From Alphaproteobacteria bacterium (lineage in GTDB: Bacteria > Pseudomonadota > Alphaproteobacteria > RF32 > CAG-239), in assembly GCA_045659785.1 (NCBI GenBank), contig JAZRCM010000015.1:6467-70466 (forward strand): 64,000 nt of DNA. Direction: 5' to 3'. Both the position numbers and the translations under genes were made by a program. The stretch's first letter is position 1; every line of letters starts with the position of its first letter. A model generated the notes under the pieces. It was not told where the DNA came from. It saw only the letters and a program-made list of their open reading frames with translations, and ran no database searches. This document shows positions 62,652 through 64,000 of this stretch, piece by piece.

Positions 62652-62955
62652 GTTGAGCAATCAACTGTGATACCAGAGGCACTGCGAAATAGAGGTTTCG
62701 GACCCGGGGGCAGTACCCGGCACCTCCACCAAAAAATATTATGGGGGTGAAACAGGTTTGACGGGATTTAGTAAAGGCAGATGTTGTATTCGGTGAGATA
62801 CCACCGTTATCGGTTCAAATTAAAATAAATGCTAACGATAATGAATTAGCACCGGTTGCTTTGGCTGCTTAATTGTAGTCGCAACAAACTCAAATTCTTG
62901 TAGTCTTGGTTGACAGCAAGTGGGGAGTGAGCCACCTAGCAACAGAACGGCTCAT
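62652..62955 (+). ncRNA. ssrA: Two-piece (circularly permuted) tmRNA
   Basis: Acceptor piece ends GGACCCGGGGGCAGTACCCGGCACCTCCACCA (62731); 11-nt spacer; coding piece starts GGGGGTGAA (62743); tag 62831-62872 = ANDNELAPVALAA*; outer ends approximate. Confidence 0.93.
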
Positions 62956-62976
62956 TTTTTTAGGAGCGAAGAAAAA

Positions 62977-63420
62977 ATGGATAAATATGTTGATGAAATA
63001 AACTACGACAAGCTGATTGAAAAATCGCTGAAACATGTAGTTATTGACGCATTAAAAATTGTTGAAAACCAAGGCTTGCCCGGAGAACAACATTTTTACA
63101 TTTCATTTCGCACTGACCACCCTCGCACTAAAATCGATGCCTTATTGAAAAATCAATATCCGCAAGAGATGACTATCGTTTTACAAAACCAATTTGAAAA
63201 ACTTCGTGTTTATGACGATTGTTTCTCCGTTGTTTTGCATTTCAACCGAGTTCCCTATATGTTGGAAATTCCTTTTGATGCCATAACTTATTTCGGCGAC
63301 CCGAGTGTTCGTTTCGGTTTAAGTTTTGGTGCCGAAATCAATGATGAACATTCGGAAAATATTCAAAATCATCAGGCTGAAGTTATATCTATTGACAGTT
63401 TCAGAAAGAAAAATGCTTAA
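62977..63420 (+). CDS. sspB: ClpXP adaptor SspB (alphaproteobacterial type)
   Basis: GLPGEQHFYISF, YPQEMTIVLQNQF, DPSVRFGL, ClpX-binding tail VISIDSFRKK. Confidence 0.93.
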   Translation: MDKYVDEINYDKLIEKSLKHVVIDALKIVENQGLPGEQHFYISFRTDHPRTKIDALLKNQYPQEMTIVLQNQFEKLRVYDDCFSVVLHFNRVPYMLEIPFDAITYFGDPSVRFGLSFGAEINDEHSENIQNHQAEVISIDSFRKKNA

Positions 63421-63637
63421 AAAATCTGTTATCATCGCCGGCCGACATCAAACCAGCATTTCTTTAGAAAAAGAATTTTTTGAAGTTCTGCAACGTATAT
63501 GCAAAGAACGCAACATTTCTATAAATCAGATTGTTACCGAAATCGACTCGATAAGAACAAACGAAGACAATCTCTCCGCCGCAGTCAGAGTTTATATATT
63601 GAACTATTTATTGCAAAAAGCCGAAAATTACGAATAA
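63413..63637 (+). CDS. Ribbon-helix-helix (RHH_4) domain protein
   Basis: KKSVIIAGRHQTSISLEKEF...NLSAAVRVYIL. Confidence 0.88.
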   Translation: MLKKSVIIAGRHQTSISLEKEFFEVLQRICKERNISINQIVTEIDSIRTNEDNLSAAVRVYILNYLLQKAENYE

Positions 63638-64000
63638 GTCGGCGACCTATCTTTGATATAATTAAATTTTTTTATTGCTCCGTCCATCTCTTGACTATTT
63701 CCCTTGAGATAGGCAAACGTAACCTCTGCAGAAGATATACATTCCGGACATAACGGAGGTTTACCTTCTCTTTTTCTACGCAAGCGGTCATCTGTGAGTT
63801 TTTTAGAATCCGCTCTACTATCTGTTCGCATAACACAATCAGGACAATCACAGTGAGCACCATAACCGTCACGATTGGCAACATTATGTCTTCCCTCTCT
63901 TGTTGCCGAAAAAACATGACCTAATTCGTGGATGGTAATAGTTTTGATAACTTCTTTCAAATAAGCAGGATTATCTCCGTATCTTTCTTTAAATCTTTTT
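63628..64000 (-). CDS. Zinc metalloprotease (archaemetzincin-like), C-terminal part; starts beyond the right edge
   Basis: TIHELGHVF...HCDCPDCVM...LCPEC; frame stays open to 64000. Confidence 0.7.
   Translation of the reverse strand, partial: KRFKERYGDNPAYLKEVIKTITIHELGHVFSATREGRHNVANRDGYGAHCDCPDCVMRTDSRADSKKLTDDRLRRKREGKPPLCPECISSAEVTFAYLKGNSQEMDGAIKKFNYIKDRSPTYS

Noticed and set aside
62920-62976. N-terminal extension of sspB in the ORF track
   Set aside because: Overlaps the tmRNA 3' hairpin; the real start is ATG 62977 after TAGGAG

Overview
AT-rich bacterial chromosome segment, almost certainly from an alphaproteobacterium (circularly permuted two-piece tmRNA with tag ANDNELAPVALAA followed by alpha-type sspB and an RHH gene; lon-hup-tRNA-Val; accBC; mlaAC). 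Housekeeping genes (guaC, accBC, nagAB, lon, hup, uvrD, thyA/folA, moxR-DUF58, three tRNAs) alternate with accessory DNA. (1) A type I R-M island at the 3' end of tRNA-Phe has a DUF2806-like gene and an AAA-ATPase/RloB (AbiL-like) pair embedded in it, and abuts the 3' remnant of a lost autotransporter gene. (2) A partly duplicated GT2 glycosyltransferase cluster. (3) Large orphan proteins with cryptic enzyme motifs (PcfJ+LRR, NlpC/P60-like Cys-His, HExxH, Cys-elbow alpha/beta hydrolase, YREDGKT repeats), several ending in a polar linker plus a basic/Gly tail that resembles type IV secretion signals. (4) About ten mostly solo genes with A/T-rich, Shine-Dalgarno-less leaders, several with AAG/GAG-rich codon usage, suggesting a distinct donor pool. 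All family calls come from motif recognition by eye; no database search was run.
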